From Candidatus Methanomethylophilaceae archaeon (GTDB lineage: Archaea; Thermoplasmatota; Thermoplasmata; Methanomassiliicoccales; Methanomethylophilaceae), in contig JBMNHS010000001.1 in NCBI GenBank assembly GCA_050950505.1, forward strand, positions 480,001 through 544,000: 64,000 nt of DNA. Reading direction: 5' to 3'. This document shows, piece by piece, positions 1 to 11,429 of this stretch. Each line of letters begins with the position of its first letter. The stretch's first letter is position 1. Below the pieces are notes generated by a model, which did no database searches, was not told where the DNA came from, and saw nothing but the letters and a program-made list of their open reading frames with translations. Position numbers and translations under genes: made by a program.

Positions 1-139
1 AGTCTTTAGTTTTTAGTAAGGCATCTGTGGCCTCAGCAACATGTTCTGGTTGCTCTGCCATCTTTTTGAACCAATCTGCCGATTCATAAAAATCTTTTTT
101 CATACGCTTATCTTCACCATATATAAGTCCACAATACTA
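1..139 (-). pseudogene. Sel1-like repeat fragment running off the window edge; start uncertain
   Basis: Minus strand reads *YCGLIYGEDKRMKKDFYESADWFKKMAEQ, resembling a Sel1 repeat; preceded by TAG (137-139) and TGA (170-172); possible ATG at 103. Confidence 0.3.
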
Positions 140-422
140 AATCGTTTTTCTCGACGGATTGAAAGAGATTCAGAACAATTCTTCAATCGTTTGCATTCAA
201 GTTTAGCATATACGAGCCAAGGTAAATTAAGTTTGTAATATTTTATTATAATTAACTGCATGAAATGGAGATAGTTTTCAGATAACGTATAGTCTCTTTA
301 CAAAAACTGATCAAAAAGGCTGTCATTCATTGGCTCATATCTTTTAAGTTTGCAGTTCTCGGCGGTTTCCGTTTGGCGGAAAATAATAAAATGTCTCGTG
401 GAAGGAGAAGATTATACTAAAA

Positions 423-2238
423 CCGTAATTCCCGAATGACGAGCTACAAGCGTGTAGCTACATTTTTCTGAGCCGTTTTTATTTATAAAGAGTATATATA
501 TAGTATATAAGGCGAAGGCTTTATATTGTTGTAGCTCAATATATATATATACATATATATATAAATAATACATGAACATCCGCTACGAAGAGAGAAACGG
601 CAGGAAATACGCTTACAGATGCACTTCCAAAAGGGAGCCAGGCAAGAAGTATCCCGTATCGAAGAAGGAGTATCTCAGAGTGGTCGATCCGGAGACCGGA
701 AACCTGATTCCCAAGAAAGTGGAAACCGATTCGTTAAAATTCAGTCTTCAGGACGGCAAGTTCAGAATGAAGAACTACGGCGGTTCTATGATTGTGGACA
801 CCGTTGCGAAGGAAATACACCTTCGCGAAGATCTAAGGGCATCCTTCGGCGATGCCGCGGACTTCATGCTAGTATTGGCCATGGGTCAGGCCATGGCACC
901 TACCGCGTTCATGGATACCGCTTTGACTTTGGAATCGTCGTACATCCGCGAACTTGTCGGTATCGGCGAGATGGACATCTCGTCCCAACGTATGAGCGAG
1001 ATTACCCGCATATTGGGTGAGGCGTCGGGATGCACGGAGGACTTTTTCGCCCTGCGGGCGAAACGTTACAGCGACGGAACGTTTCTGTACGATATGACAT
1101 CTCAATCCACATATTCCGACGTCGGAGGATTCGCGGAATGGGGTAAGAACCGGGACGGAGAATCGTTGAAGCAACTGAATATCGGACTGGTGACCGGACT
1201 CGAAGGGGATCCGGTGGCGTTCGATCTCTTTCCCGGTTCCGTTTCCGATATAACGACACTGCGCAGATTCGCCGAGGATATGAGAGAACGGGTTCCCGGA
1301 TGCGTATTGGTCATGGACTGAGGATTCGAATCCGCCGGCAACGTGGCCGATCTTACGGAGCACGGCATGGATTTCATCATGCCGTGCACAGTATCGTCCA
1401 AGGCCGTGAAATCCTTGATAACCGATTTCGCAAAAGACGTTTCCAAGCCGGAATACGACCGGATACATGACGGTCATGTGTACAGTGTCTGCGAACGCCG
1501 TCTCGGCGTAGCCGCAGACGGCGATTCCCGGGTGTACGTTACGGATGCCGATCCGGCATTCGAGAACTGCAGATTCAATGTCAGGGCATACATCTGCTAC
1601 GATTCCAAGAAGCGCAGCGACGACGAGCAGAAATTGAAGACAGCGTTGATGGCGAAGATCAAAGAGCTCAACGGAAAGAAGTTCGAGAACCCCGCCAAAT
1701 CGTTCATAAAGAAGACGGGCTGGATGGGCAAGTATCTGGAATACACTATCGACGATGAAGGAAAGATGACCGTGGGTTACAAGAACAACGCCATGACGTT
1801 CTTCAGAAACCGTGCAGGAATGTTCGTAATGCTTACACCGACCGTCGATTGGGAGACGGTGATGACCGCGTATGACGCGAGGAACAATGTTGAGATGGCG
1901 TTCGATATATTCAAGAACGAATTGGACGGGAAACGCGGACGCACCGGGGATCCGGTGCGTGCAAGGGGACGTCTTTTAATCAAATTCTTGGCGCTGATGA
2001 TTCGTGTAAGAATGCAGATTGCGGTCTCCGGGAGCAAGGTAAAGAACCTGACTGTGGAGAATGCGCTGATGTCCGCCGCGACGTACGAGATCGTGAAGGA
2101 CCGTGGCGTGAATATCAGATCCGAGAAGACAAAACGCGTGAGGGAGATATTCGAGGCGTTCGGGGTCGAAGACCCCGAGCGATTCGAGCTTGTCTCTCAG
2201 AAGTCATGAAACATGTAGCTCAATTCCGGGGATTTCGG
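423..2238 (+). mobile_element. IS1634-family insertion sequence (1816 bp)
   Basis: Imperfect terminal inverted repeats CCGTAATTCCCGAATGACGAGCTACA (423-448) and TGTAGCTCAATTCCGGGGATTTCGG (2214-2238); direct repeat ACTAAAA at 416-422 and 2239-2245; GC higher than flanks; DDE transposase inside. Confidence 0.88.
572..2209 (+). pseudogene. IS1634-family DDE transposase with in-frame nonsense codon
   Basis: ORFs 572-1321 and 1343-2209 share one frame; motifs YDMTS, VMD*GF (expected DRGF, CGA>TGA at 1319-1321) and RNNVEMAF. Confidence 0.85.
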
Positions 2239-2500
2239 ACTAAAACATCGAAACTTAACGGAAACTTCCGTTTGCAAAAGCACATATTTCAGCGAAAGTC
2301 AGAGCGATGACAGTCATTAGTTCAAACTTGGATTTTATTATTGTTTCTTGCAGAATTGCAAGTGTGAATTTAGGATCAAGTGTCAAAATATTAGTTTTCA
2401 AGTGATGAGGTGACTCGGTTTAATATAATCATGGACGACAACAAACTCATATTTTTCCTCATAATCAATTGATATCTTATTCAGTGTATAATCTATATTC

Positions 2501-4264
2501 TTACTCTAATTTTAGATATTTCATCCAGAAGTCTACATTTGTAATCTTGTCCTTATTTTTTCTATATTCTGATTTTACAATATCGTACTCTTTCCATACT
2601 GATATTAAAACTGTAAACGTCCGTTTCATTTCTTTAAGAGCACACCTTATATTCTTCGAAGTAACAAAGGCCCTTTTGTTACTGTAATCATAGTTTAGAA
2701 CCTTATGTGCACGGTTGAATTTATGATTGGGCGGGTTATAAACATTCACTGTAACATTTTTATTGGTAGGTAATATTAAATTTATAAACCAGGGGTATGG
2801 GCGAACTTTATTTTGTAAGTCTGCACCTAAATCAGAATATGAAAATTCCATTTTTAAGTTTGAAACTGGTTCTAATTTATAACCCAAAGCCATTATATTT
2901 TTGTGCAGCATCTCCCCATCTTCAGACTTTAACCAGACATATCCCCTAAGAAAGTCCTCTACGCCTTTTGTTAGCAGCTTTGCATTCTTGTATCGGTACC
3001 GAGTCATTTCTGAAGACCATTGTTTAAGATAGTCTCTTATCAGTTGTTTTTTTGTATATCCAATGTTATGAAGAGAATTCAAAATCAGCTTATTTCTTAA
3101 TATGTAATAATATGTGGATGAAGAATATTTATTTTCAAAAGGCTCATGCCAAACACATATTCCATTCAGTAGAATTAAATTACCTATATTGCGCAATCCG
3201 AATTCAATATCGTCTCCTCTGAAAAATATAGGTATCGGCAATCCATTTTCGATTATCTTTTTGAGAGGGATGGCACAGTACCACCAAGCGTTATAATCAA
3301 CAGATTCTTCAATTTCATTAAAAAGACAAGCCTCACAAGACGTCAGGTTCAAACCATTTTTTAATGAATGTACGCTCGCTCCATTCCATTTTGCGCCAGA
3401 TTCTATTTGGATATTTTGTTCATCTAAACTAAGCATGGCGCCTCCTATGAACGCATCCTGGTATTCTCTTTTTAGAATTGAAAGTATTGCGTATGTACGA
3501 TATATGGATTCAACATCGAATAAAATGTCGTCATCCATCAGTATGACATGAGTAGTCTTGTTATCACACTGAGCCTCGATCATACATCTGGCAAAACCCC
3601 CCGCACCACCGGTATTCTTATTCTTTATCAATTTAATGTAAGCAGGGTCAAATTCAGAGTCTAGCGTATTCCCATTGTCTGAGATGTATATCCTCATCTT
3701 ATCTTTTGGGAGTGGCGTATTCCCATTATCTAATACGTTTACGATCCGATTCACATTCTCAATGACGTATCGTTCTCTCTTGTAGGTGCATATACATAGT
3801 CCAAGATCAACGTGATTTATTTTACTATGGCATATTTCAGATGAATAATAGCCATCCAATATCTGAGAATAATCTTCGAGCGATATAATTTCAAAAGTTA
3901 ATATTCCAGACGATTTATCAGGATACTCAATTGTAATTTCGTCCTCAGTAACGGATCCAAAAATTATTTCATCCAATACGACGGTCTTGCATTTTTTATT
4001 AATGAGACGCTCTTTATGAATTAATCTTATGCTGAATTTACCTTTTAGGCGGAGAGTTAAGGATACGTTAGTTATTTCTGTATATTTTTTCCATTTATCG
4101 ATGTAGAAGCCATTAAAATACGTATCAAATAGTGCTACTTCCTCTGAATTTAAAGTTATGCGGCTATCATTAAAAGAGTAACACTTATCATCATTTATTC
4201 TGAAATATAAATCAAATATTGAACACACATTGGTTTTTGGAAATATTATATTCTGAAGAATCAC
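2501..4264 (-). CDS. GT2 glycosyltransferase, galactofuranosyltransferase GlfT2-like
   Basis: FDTYFNGF N-domain, ICTYKR, NTGGAGGF, MDDD, AWWYC, RGDDIEF, WHEPF, YYILRN. Confidence 0.8.
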   Translation of the reverse strand: MILQNIIFPKTNVCSIFDLYFRINDDKCYSFNDSRITLNSEEVALFDTYFNGFYIDKWKKYTEITNVSLTLRLKGKFSIRLIHKERLINKKCKTVVLDEIIFGSVTEDEITIEYPDKSSGILTFEIISLEDYSQILDGYYSSEICHSKINHVDLGLCICTYKRERYVIENVNRIVNVLDNGNTPLPKDKMRIYISDNGNTLDSEFDPAYIKLIKNKNTGGAGGFARCMIEAQCDNKTTHVILMDDDILFDVESIYRTYAILSILKREYQDAFIGGAMLSLDEQNIQIESGAKWNGASVHSLKNGLNLTSCEACLFNEIEESVDYNAWWYCAIPLKKIIENGLPIPIFFRGDDIEFGLRNIGNLILLNGICVWHEPFENKYSSSTYYYILRNKLILNSLHNIGYTKKQLIRDYLKQWSSEMTRYRYKNAKLLTKGVEDFLRGYVWLKSEDGEMLHKNIMALGYKLEPVSNLKMEFSYSDLGADLQNKVRPYPWFINLILPTNKNVTVNVYNPPNHKFNRAHKVLNYDYSNKRAFVTSKNIRCALKEMKRTFTVLISVWKEYDIVKSEYRKNKDKITNVDFWMKYLKLE

Positions 4265-4594
4265 AGTTTGCCCTCAACCTTTAATTACAGGTCTAGATAC
4301 TATTTAATTTATTATATATTCCGACCAGATATTGCGGATGTAAGTATAGATATACTTCTGGTAAGTTTTTGACACATATTTTTGTACCACTTCCTATGAT
4401 TCTTCAACTGATAGGCTGAGATTTGCCCTCAAGAATAATCGTATTTCAAAAACAACTACCTAAGTGTGTTTCCAAATTGTACATGTTTAGGTGCCGGTAA
4501 TAAATATAGAAATTTCTGAAAACTTAAACGTTCGATGTTTGGCATACACCTATGATAGTATATATGATAGATATGGTATGGATGATGTTAATCT

Positions 4595-6130
4595 ATGGAA
4601 CTTTATAAGGTATCCACGAAGTACAAACTATGCGGATCCGACAATTTGTATTTGCGTATAAGATCGGGGGCAATCGAAAGGTTGGAAGATGTGTATATTT
4701 TACAACCGGATACCGAAATATCCACCGATACATACTTCAATCTTTTTTCAAGTTCCAAATACGGCACCCATACATCTGCTAAAAAAATAACGATAATGAC
4801 AGTTGTATCGGGTGACATAGAAGTAGAGTTACGGTATTTTACGAAACACACGGATAAACGCGTTGATTCCAGAAAAATAACATCAGACGCGGAAGCGGAA
4901 GTGTCTTTTACTTTCGATATAAGTGATTTAGACGACTCCGAGCCTGTGTGCCATTATATTCTTTACAGATCAATAAAAGCGTCTAAAATCTATTCATTCG
5001 GATCGTATATGGCGGATTCAGTGCCGAACCTTGTGAATCTCGGGGTAGTGATATGCACATTCAGGAGAGAGTTGCGGGCAATGGAGACGCTGGACAGGAT
5101 AGCGGAAATAATGCTTTCCGAGGAATATGTGACCCCGGAATTAACCGTATATCTCGTCGATAACGGGAAAACTATAGAGAATCAAGACATACGGTATGAC
5201 TTTGTCAAGTTGATACCCAATGAAAATACAGGAGGATCCGGTGGCTATACCAGGGGGATGTTGGAAGCCCGCAATGAACAAAAAACACATATTTTGTTGA
5301 TGGATGACGATGTTTACATAGATCCGAACGTAATATACAAAACGGTCAATTTCATATCTATATTGAATGAAGACCGCGCCGATTCATTCATTCTGGGCGG
5401 GATGTTATTGCCGGAATCCCCCACTGTTCAGTATGAAGCCGGCGCGGAATGGTTACCCGATTTCAGAGGCAGGAAATCAATGTTGGATCTTTCCGAAAAG
5501 GAATCTTTACTGCTTAATGATAAACGAGAACCTGCACAATACGGCGGATGGTGGTATCAATGTATGCCGGTATCCGCGACAGATAAACTACCACTTCCAT
5601 TTTTTATAAAAATGGACGATGTTTTATTCGGCATAATGCGCATGAACAATCATGTTGTAATGAATGGAATCGGAATCTGGCATGATAGTTTTGAAAGCAA
5701 AATAAATCCTGTAGTGGATTTTTATTTCTTACGAAGAAACGGTTTGATTTTGGATTCCATATTCAACAGGCGTAACGGATTCAGAATAGGTGCATATTAC
5801 ATGCGCATCTTGCTCCACTGTATCAAAAAACAAGGAAACAAGGAATATTTTTTTACTAAAATGGCCATTGAAGATTTTTTGAAAGGTCCGGACATGTTCT
5901 CAACAGTCAAAGGAGAAGACATCCTATCTATACCCGTTACGAACTATTTTGAACATCCCGACTCTAAAAATCCAACTGCCGAATCACTATTAAAAAACAA
6001 CACACTCAAGGAAATTCACAATTCGATCCGAATCTGCCTTCGTCTCTTAACAGAATGGAACTCCGTAAGTGAAAATTATAAAAAAAATATACATTACTAT
6101 TCTTCTGAAGAATTTTGGAGAAATATATGA
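4595..6130 (+). CDS. GT2 glycosyltransferase, GlfT2-like (paralog of 2501-4264)
   Basis: TDTYFNLF, ICTFRR, NTGGSGGY, MDDD, GGWWYQC, KMDDV, WHDSF. Confidence 0.8.
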   Translation: MELYKVSTKYKLCGSDNLYLRIRSGAIERLEDVYILQPDTEISTDTYFNLFSSSKYGTHTSAKKITIMTVVSGDIEVELRYFTKHTDKRVDSRKITSDAEAEVSFTFDISDLDDSEPVCHYILYRSIKASKIYSFGSYMADSVPNLVNLGVVICTFRRELRAMETLDRIAEIMLSEEYVTPELTVYLVDNGKTIENQDIRYDFVKLIPNENTGGSGGYTRGMLEARNEQKTHILLMDDDVYIDPNVIYKTVNFISILNEDRADSFILGGMLLPESPTVQYEAGAEWLPDFRGRKSMLDLSEKESLLLNDKREPAQYGGWWYQCMPVSATDKLPLPFFIKMDDVLFGIMRMNNHVVMNGIGIWHDSFESKINPVVDFYFLRRNGLILDSIFNRRNGFRIGAYYMRILLHCIKKQGNKEYFFTKMAIEDFLKGPDMFSTVKGEDILSIPVTNYFEHPDSKNPTAESLLKNNTLKEIHNSIRICLRLLTEWNSVSENYKKNIHYYSSEEFWRNI

Positions 6131-6262
6131 ATCACCCGCTTCAGATATGCAAATTATCCGTATCGTGTAATTGATGCACGATTACAGAGTTTTTGTATGG
6201 GCGTGCAGTAAAGCATAAATGTATATGTCATTTCAATAATACTTCAGGCAGGACGCAGGTAT

Positions 6263-7057
6263 ATGGCATTTAGGGATGCAGTCAAAGGAAAACTGAGCGA
6301 ACTATACAGTTTCAGGCATATGTATTACTCTCTGGTACAAAGGAGCCTATTCGGAAAGTATAGGAATTCCGCATTAGGATTTCTTTGGAATTTTTTAACC
6401 CCCGCAATCTCTATTTTACTGTTCTATATTGTTTTTGAAAATTTTATGGGTCAGAATATTGACAACTACTGGGCTTACTTGTGCGTAGGAATGTTTCCGT
6501 TTCAATTTATGAATCAAAACCTTATCGGAGGAGCATCCAACATAACGTCGAATGGAGGCATGGTCAAGAAGATATACTTCCCAAGAGAAATTTTGTCATT
6601 GTCCCAAGTCACATACACATTCATCATTTTTCTGATATCCTATGGAATCGTCATATCATTAATGATCGCTACAGGCATATTTCCAACGGGGGGTTTGCTC
6701 GCTCTGCCCATTATAATTCTGACTATGTTCTTATTTTCACTAGGAACAATAATGCTGACATCTTCAATTTCAGTATATTCCCGAGATTTCGAATATCTTA
6801 TAACCGCTTTTTCAAGAGTGTTGTTCTGGGTAACGCCTATATTCTATCTGGCAGAAGCGAGGGCAGGGATATTATACACGATAATATGGTTCAACCCTCT
6901 GACGTATTTTGTAGAGGGATTTCATCACGCGGTCTGTTGGGGCACTATGCCCAGTACGGGACTGTTAATGGGTTGCGTATTGATTTCCATTGTTGTTTTC
7001 GTGATAGGAGCGTTAGTATTTTTTAAGCTCAAAGATGGATTCGCGGAGAGGATCTGA
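6263..7057 (+). CDS. wzm: Polysaccharide ABC exporter permease (Wzm/RfbA-like)
   Basis: KYRNSALGFLW, VKKIYFPRE, RDFEY, TPIFY, FNPLTY; about six hydrophobic helices. Confidence 0.88.
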   Translation: MAFRDAVKGKLSELYSFRHMYYSLVQRSLFGKYRNSALGFLWNFLTPAISILLFYIVFENFMGQNIDNYWAYLCVGMFPFQFMNQNLIGGASNITSNGGMVKKIYFPREILSLSQVTYTFIIFLISYGIVISLMIATGIFPTGGLLALPIIILTMFLFSLGTIMLTSSISVYSRDFEYLITAFSRVLFWVTPIFYLAEARAGILYTIIWFNPLTYFVEGFHHAVCWGTMPSTGLLMGCVLISIVVFVIGALVFFKLKDGFAERI

Positions 7058-9685
7058 GTGTCCAAATGTGCAGTACGCGTCATAAATGTGAATAAGTCAT
7101 TCACCACCATGGCAGAAACAGACGACGGCGGTCTTTTAAAGAGAAGGAAAAAGATTACAAAACACATCCTCAAAGATGTTAATTTAGACATCAAAAAAGG
7201 AGAGGTTTTCGGTATAATAGGAAGAAACGGTTCCGGAAAAAGCACCACTCTGAACATGATTTCTAAAATTATGAAACCCGATTCCGGAACAATAGAAATT
7301 AACGGTAAGGTTGCAAGCATCTTAGAATTGGGCATGGGATTTCATAACGATTTGACCGGAAGAGAAAATATCTACATTAAAGGAACAATGTACGGACTTA
7401 CCAGAAAACAATTGGATGCGAGAATGGATAACATTGTGGACTATGCCGACATTGGAGAATATATCGATCTTCCCATGCGGGTGTATTCTTCAGGAATGCG
7501 TAGCAGAGTCGCCTTCTCAATCATGATAAGTGTCGACGCGGACATAATAATTTTGGATGAAGTGTTGGCCACCGGCGATTTGGCATTCAATAAGAAATCC
7601 CGTACACATTTTTCTAACCTAAAACTTGAAGGCAAGACCATAATTCTTGTGGCACATTCCATGTCAACGATGAGGGAGATGTGCGACAGGGTGGCATGGT
7701 TGGACAACGGAGTAATAAGAGAAGTTGGCCCCCCCAATGTAGTCTGTGGCCATTATGAGACAGAGCTCGCGGAGTCTATAGATATATTAACGGAGCTCGC
7801 GGAATCGGGAGTTCCCGCATCTCAAAACACTCTCGGTTGTATGTATCGCGACGGCCACAGAGTAGAGAAAGATATGGGGAAAGCCAAGTATTGGTTCGAA
7901 GAAGCGGCTAAAAGAAATTATGATATTGCCAAGGTAAATCTTGCCGATATAATTGTAACCGATGAAGCATTGGAAAACATAGACAAGGCGATGGACCTCT
8001 ATATGAGTGCCGCAGGAAGAGGCAATCGGGAAGCGCGTACTAAATTATCCCGCTTGCTTACAAACGAGTCGCGGGACATAAGTATGGAAGTCGTAAATGA
8101 TTTCAAGGAACTGTTGTCTTCCGCGAATCCTCAGTTATATTATGAATATGCGGATTTAATATTGAAAACTGCCTGGAACAATGAGGGTCAAAGAGAAGCA
8201 TTCCTCTGGTTTGAGAAAGCCTCGGATTATGGTCACGCAACAGCCATGTATCAGATTGCATTAATGTATCGAGACGGGACGGGTATTTCTCAGAGCGATT
8301 CAGAATATATCAACTGGCTAAAGAAAGCCGCAAGATGCGGACACGCTTATTCTCAATTAATGTTAGGTAACGCGTATCGAGACGGAATCAAGGTAGATCA
8401 TGATATAGAAGAGGCCTTCATTTGGTACAAAATGGCGGCGGACAATAACAATCTTGATGCCATTTATCAGGTGGCTATGATGTATCGCAAAGGTACGGGA
8501 ATCCATGAAAGCAGAGAGGAATCAGATTACTGGCTCAAACTTTATGCACAGCACGGATTAAATCGTCAAATAAATATTCTCGCCGATTCATATGCCAATA
8601 ACAAGAATGGAGTTTTTGATATTGAGAAAGGAAAAAAATGGTACGCCGTGAACGCTGAGCATGGTTACGGTGATTCAAAATATCGTTTGGGGAATATATT
8701 GAACAGCAGTGAGGACATGGATGAAAGATTGATGGCTTCATCGATTCTCGATGAAGCTTCAAAAAATGAAAATTTCCAATCCACGGTTCAACTTTTCAAT
8801 CTTCATGCACTGGGGGAGGCTGAGAAATCCAACCTTGAAGATACGATATCGCGGTTAGATGAATTAATCGAAAAAGGAAATATGTGGTCAGCCAATACAG
8901 TAGGAAATATATTTGCCGATGCTAAAATTCTAGAATTTGACGGAACAAAGTCAATCGAATATCTAGAAAAAGCTGCTGAATCCAACATAGTTCCCGCCGT
9001 ATACAGGCTGGGGATAATATACCGTGACGGCATTTTAGTCGAGGCTGATTATTCCGAATCCCTCAAATGGTTCAAAAAGGGAGCACTTTTAAAACATGTA
9101 CCCTCTGCAATATCTATAGTGAATATGTACCTTTCAGGTGTAGTAAATCAGGCTGCCCTGGATTATGCGTTGAAAGAAATTGAAAAGATATGTCGGACAG
9201 GCAATACCCATGCCATACGAACATTGGGCGAATACTATCTGAGTGGCAAAGTCGTAGAGCAGAATTTTCAAAAAGCGATTTATTGGTATTCAGTAGGTTC
9301 AAACTTGGGAGATATCGAGTCACGATATCAACTCGGTTTGATTTATCGTGACGGCAAGGGCGTTGAGAAGAGTTTCGAGGAAGCATTAAAATGGTTTTCT
9401 TTATCCGCAAAACAAGGTGATTTCCGATCAATCATAGCCATAATACGAATGTATGGAAGCAATCATGTCGATAAAAACTCATTCGATTCAGCATTTTCAC
9501 AATTAATAGGTATTGCTAAGGGAGGCCACAGGGGCGCTATGCGTGATCTTGGAAATATTTTATACGAGGGTAAGTTGGTGTCTAAAGATTTGAATAAATC
9601 TAAAATATGGTTTGAAAGAGCAGCTATGGCAGGATGCAATTACTCCCGGGAGAAACTGGAATCCCTTAAAAAATTAGAAGAATAA
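7058..9685 (+). CDS. wzt: Polysaccharide ABC exporter ATPase (Wzt-like) fused to C-terminal Sel1-like repeats
   Basis: GRNGSGKST, LTGREN, YSSGM, ILDEVLATGD, followed by about 600 aa of LG.xYRDG.G....EA..W...AA repeats. Confidence 0.88.
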   Translation: MSKCAVRVINVNKSFTTMAETDDGGLLKRRKKITKHILKDVNLDIKKGEVFGIIGRNGSGKSTTLNMISKIMKPDSGTIEINGKVASILELGMGFHNDLTGRENIYIKGTMYGLTRKQLDARMDNIVDYADIGEYIDLPMRVYSSGMRSRVAFSIMISVDADIIILDEVLATGDLAFNKKSRTHFSNLKLEGKTIILVAHSMSTMREMCDRVAWLDNGVIREVGPPNVVCGHYETELAESIDILTELAESGVPASQNTLGCMYRDGHRVEKDMGKAKYWFEEAAKRNYDIAKVNLADIIVTDEALENIDKAMDLYMSAAGRGNREARTKLSRLLTNESRDISMEVVNDFKELLSSANPQLYYEYADLILKTAWNNEGQREAFLWFEKASDYGHATAMYQIALMYRDGTGISQSDSEYINWLKKAARCGHAYSQLMLGNAYRDGIKVDHDIEEAFIWYKMAADNNNLDAIYQVAMMYRKGTGIHESREESDYWLKLYAQHGLNRQINILADSYANNKNGVFDIEKGKKWYAVNAEHGYGDSKYRLGNILNSSEDMDERLMASSILDEASKNENFQSTVQLFNLHALGEAEKSNLEDTISRLDELIEKGNMWSANTVGNIFADAKILEFDGTKSIEYLEKAAESNIVPAVYRLGIIYRDGILVEADYSESLKWFKKGALLKHVPSAISIVNMYLSGVVNQAALDYALKEIEKICRTGNTHAIRTLGEYYLSGKVVEQNFQKAIYWYSVGSNLGDIESRYQLGLIYRDGKGVEKSFEEALKWFSLSAKQGDFRSIIAIIRMYGSNHVDKNSFDSAFSQLIGIAKGGHRGAMRDLGNILYEGKLVSKDLNKSKIWFERAAMAGCNYSREKLESLKKLEE

Positions 9686-9729
9686 TCATGATTATCCATT
9701 TAAACTCGATAAATTTCACAATTTAAAAG

Positions 9730-11424
9730 TCATTTAATGCGACTCATGATACTCTCGTATCCGTCTTTTACTTTATTCAATATGAATCGAGGGACGTCCG
9801 ACAGAGAAAAGAATAATTTATGATATTCCGAATGGGTCGGATCGCTCGTCCAATTCAATGTATCGAAATATTCCTGTTCTTCCTTGGACATAAATCTGGA
9901 GAGATTCAGAATCCATCTGTTTACGGAATCATGGTTTATCACCGGTATGAAATCTCCGAATACGGATTTCACGGTTTCAAAATAATCCGTCATTCCCGCG
10001 GTCATTTTAGGCATGACATCGGTTCTGAACCATTCGTTTGAGTTTGAGTCGTATACAGGGTATCCGCTGTCATCTATGCTGACTATCGGTTTTTCATCGG
10101 AGGACATCAAAAATTCAGGAACGTCGATGGCGGTCAATTCGAAAAATGACCGATAGTTATCGCAAAATCCCTTTGCATTGTCGTCAGACTTGTTTCGCAA
10201 CAAGACATAGTACAGCCCTTTGACACTTTTGTTCGTAACCTCATCAATAAGCTTTTGCGATGAAAATTTTCTGGTCGAGGCATCCACCACGTATATCGAA
10301 TTCCCATGTTTTGTGTAGCAATCGATGTATGACTTGTATTTGGTCAATTCTTTTTCCATCAACCTTTCAAACAGTTCCGGATTTTCAATTAAAATTTCAT
10401 GAGGGGTTCCCGACAGTTCCCTCACTTCCGGATGGTCTGAAAAATAATCGATGATGTCTTCTTCGTATCCCGGATAATCTCTTCCGTTGATTCCAAAAAG
10501 TATATTGAATCTCCTCGCGGCATAAATGTAATGATTTTCAATTTTTCCAAATAATATGTTATAAGCTTTTTGAGCATTATACCCGTCCCGGGCTATGAAG
10601 AATAAGACACTGTCTTTTTCGGCATTTTCGTTTATGAACGATGCAAACGCAGTATTGACGGGACCCCCGTAGCGGTATCCGAAGTTATACCAGAAATTAT
10701 CATTTTTCTTATGAGTGTTGTATCGGAACAAAGCATCGATTCCGACAATTACCGATCGTTCGTAATTTCTTCTTAAGCGGTAATAGACGCGCTCTTTCTT
10801 ATGCGAACGCAAGTACCTCTCAGTTATGTTCTCGTATTTTATGACGTTTATACCAATATTTTTTGGGATTCTTATATCAGATTTATCGTTGTCGCCTATA
10901 TGTAACAAATCGCAGGGTTCAATTCCAAGATCTTTAAGAATAACTTTGAACAGCCCCCCGGTTCCTTTACTAGTCCGGTGTTCGCCGGACACAAACAATT
11001 TGTGATAACCGTCGAACCCTTTGAGTTTCAGCACATTATCGATAAATTTCGAAGGGAGGTACATATCCGATGCCAATATCACGGTTTTATTGAGAGATAT
11101 AACACAATCGAAAACACTTTTCATTTCGACATTTTGTTGCAGAACCTGTTTTTCATATTTCATTTCCAGATCGATATATGATTTATATTCGGATTCGATT
11201 TCTTCATAAATTTCATATAAAACAATCTCTGGTTGTTTTCTTCTTCTTGCGTTCCTTTCGGCAGATATTCTCGCCTTCGCAAACCCCGGGATTTTTTCCG
11301 TCGCTTCCATATGTCGAAATAAATCAGTGGGCCGTGCATACGGTCGCAACAACAACGTATCAAAAATATCGAACGATATGTAATCGAATGCCTATACCGA
11401 TTCCATCATTTCTGACACAGTCAT
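9730..11424 (-). CDS. HAD-superfamily protein of polysaccharide loci, with in-frame TAG at codon 11
   Basis: MTVSEMMESV*AFDYISFDIFDTLLLRP places HAD motif I upstream of the tracked start; ASDMYL, HIGDN..SD, FIARDGY; ATG lies 5 nt after the upstream stop. Confidence 0.78.
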
Positions 11425-11429
11425 CAAAA

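Noticed and set aside
137-139. Third pyrrolysine-type TAG in the Sel1-like fragment
   Set aside because: An in-frame TGA lies 11 codons upstream with no start codon between, so read-through would not give a sensible gene.
1319-1321. Selenocysteine or programmed read-through of the transposase TGA
   Set aside because: The position corresponds to Arg in DRGF, so a CGA>TGA change is the simpler explanation; TGA is the main stop codon in this window.
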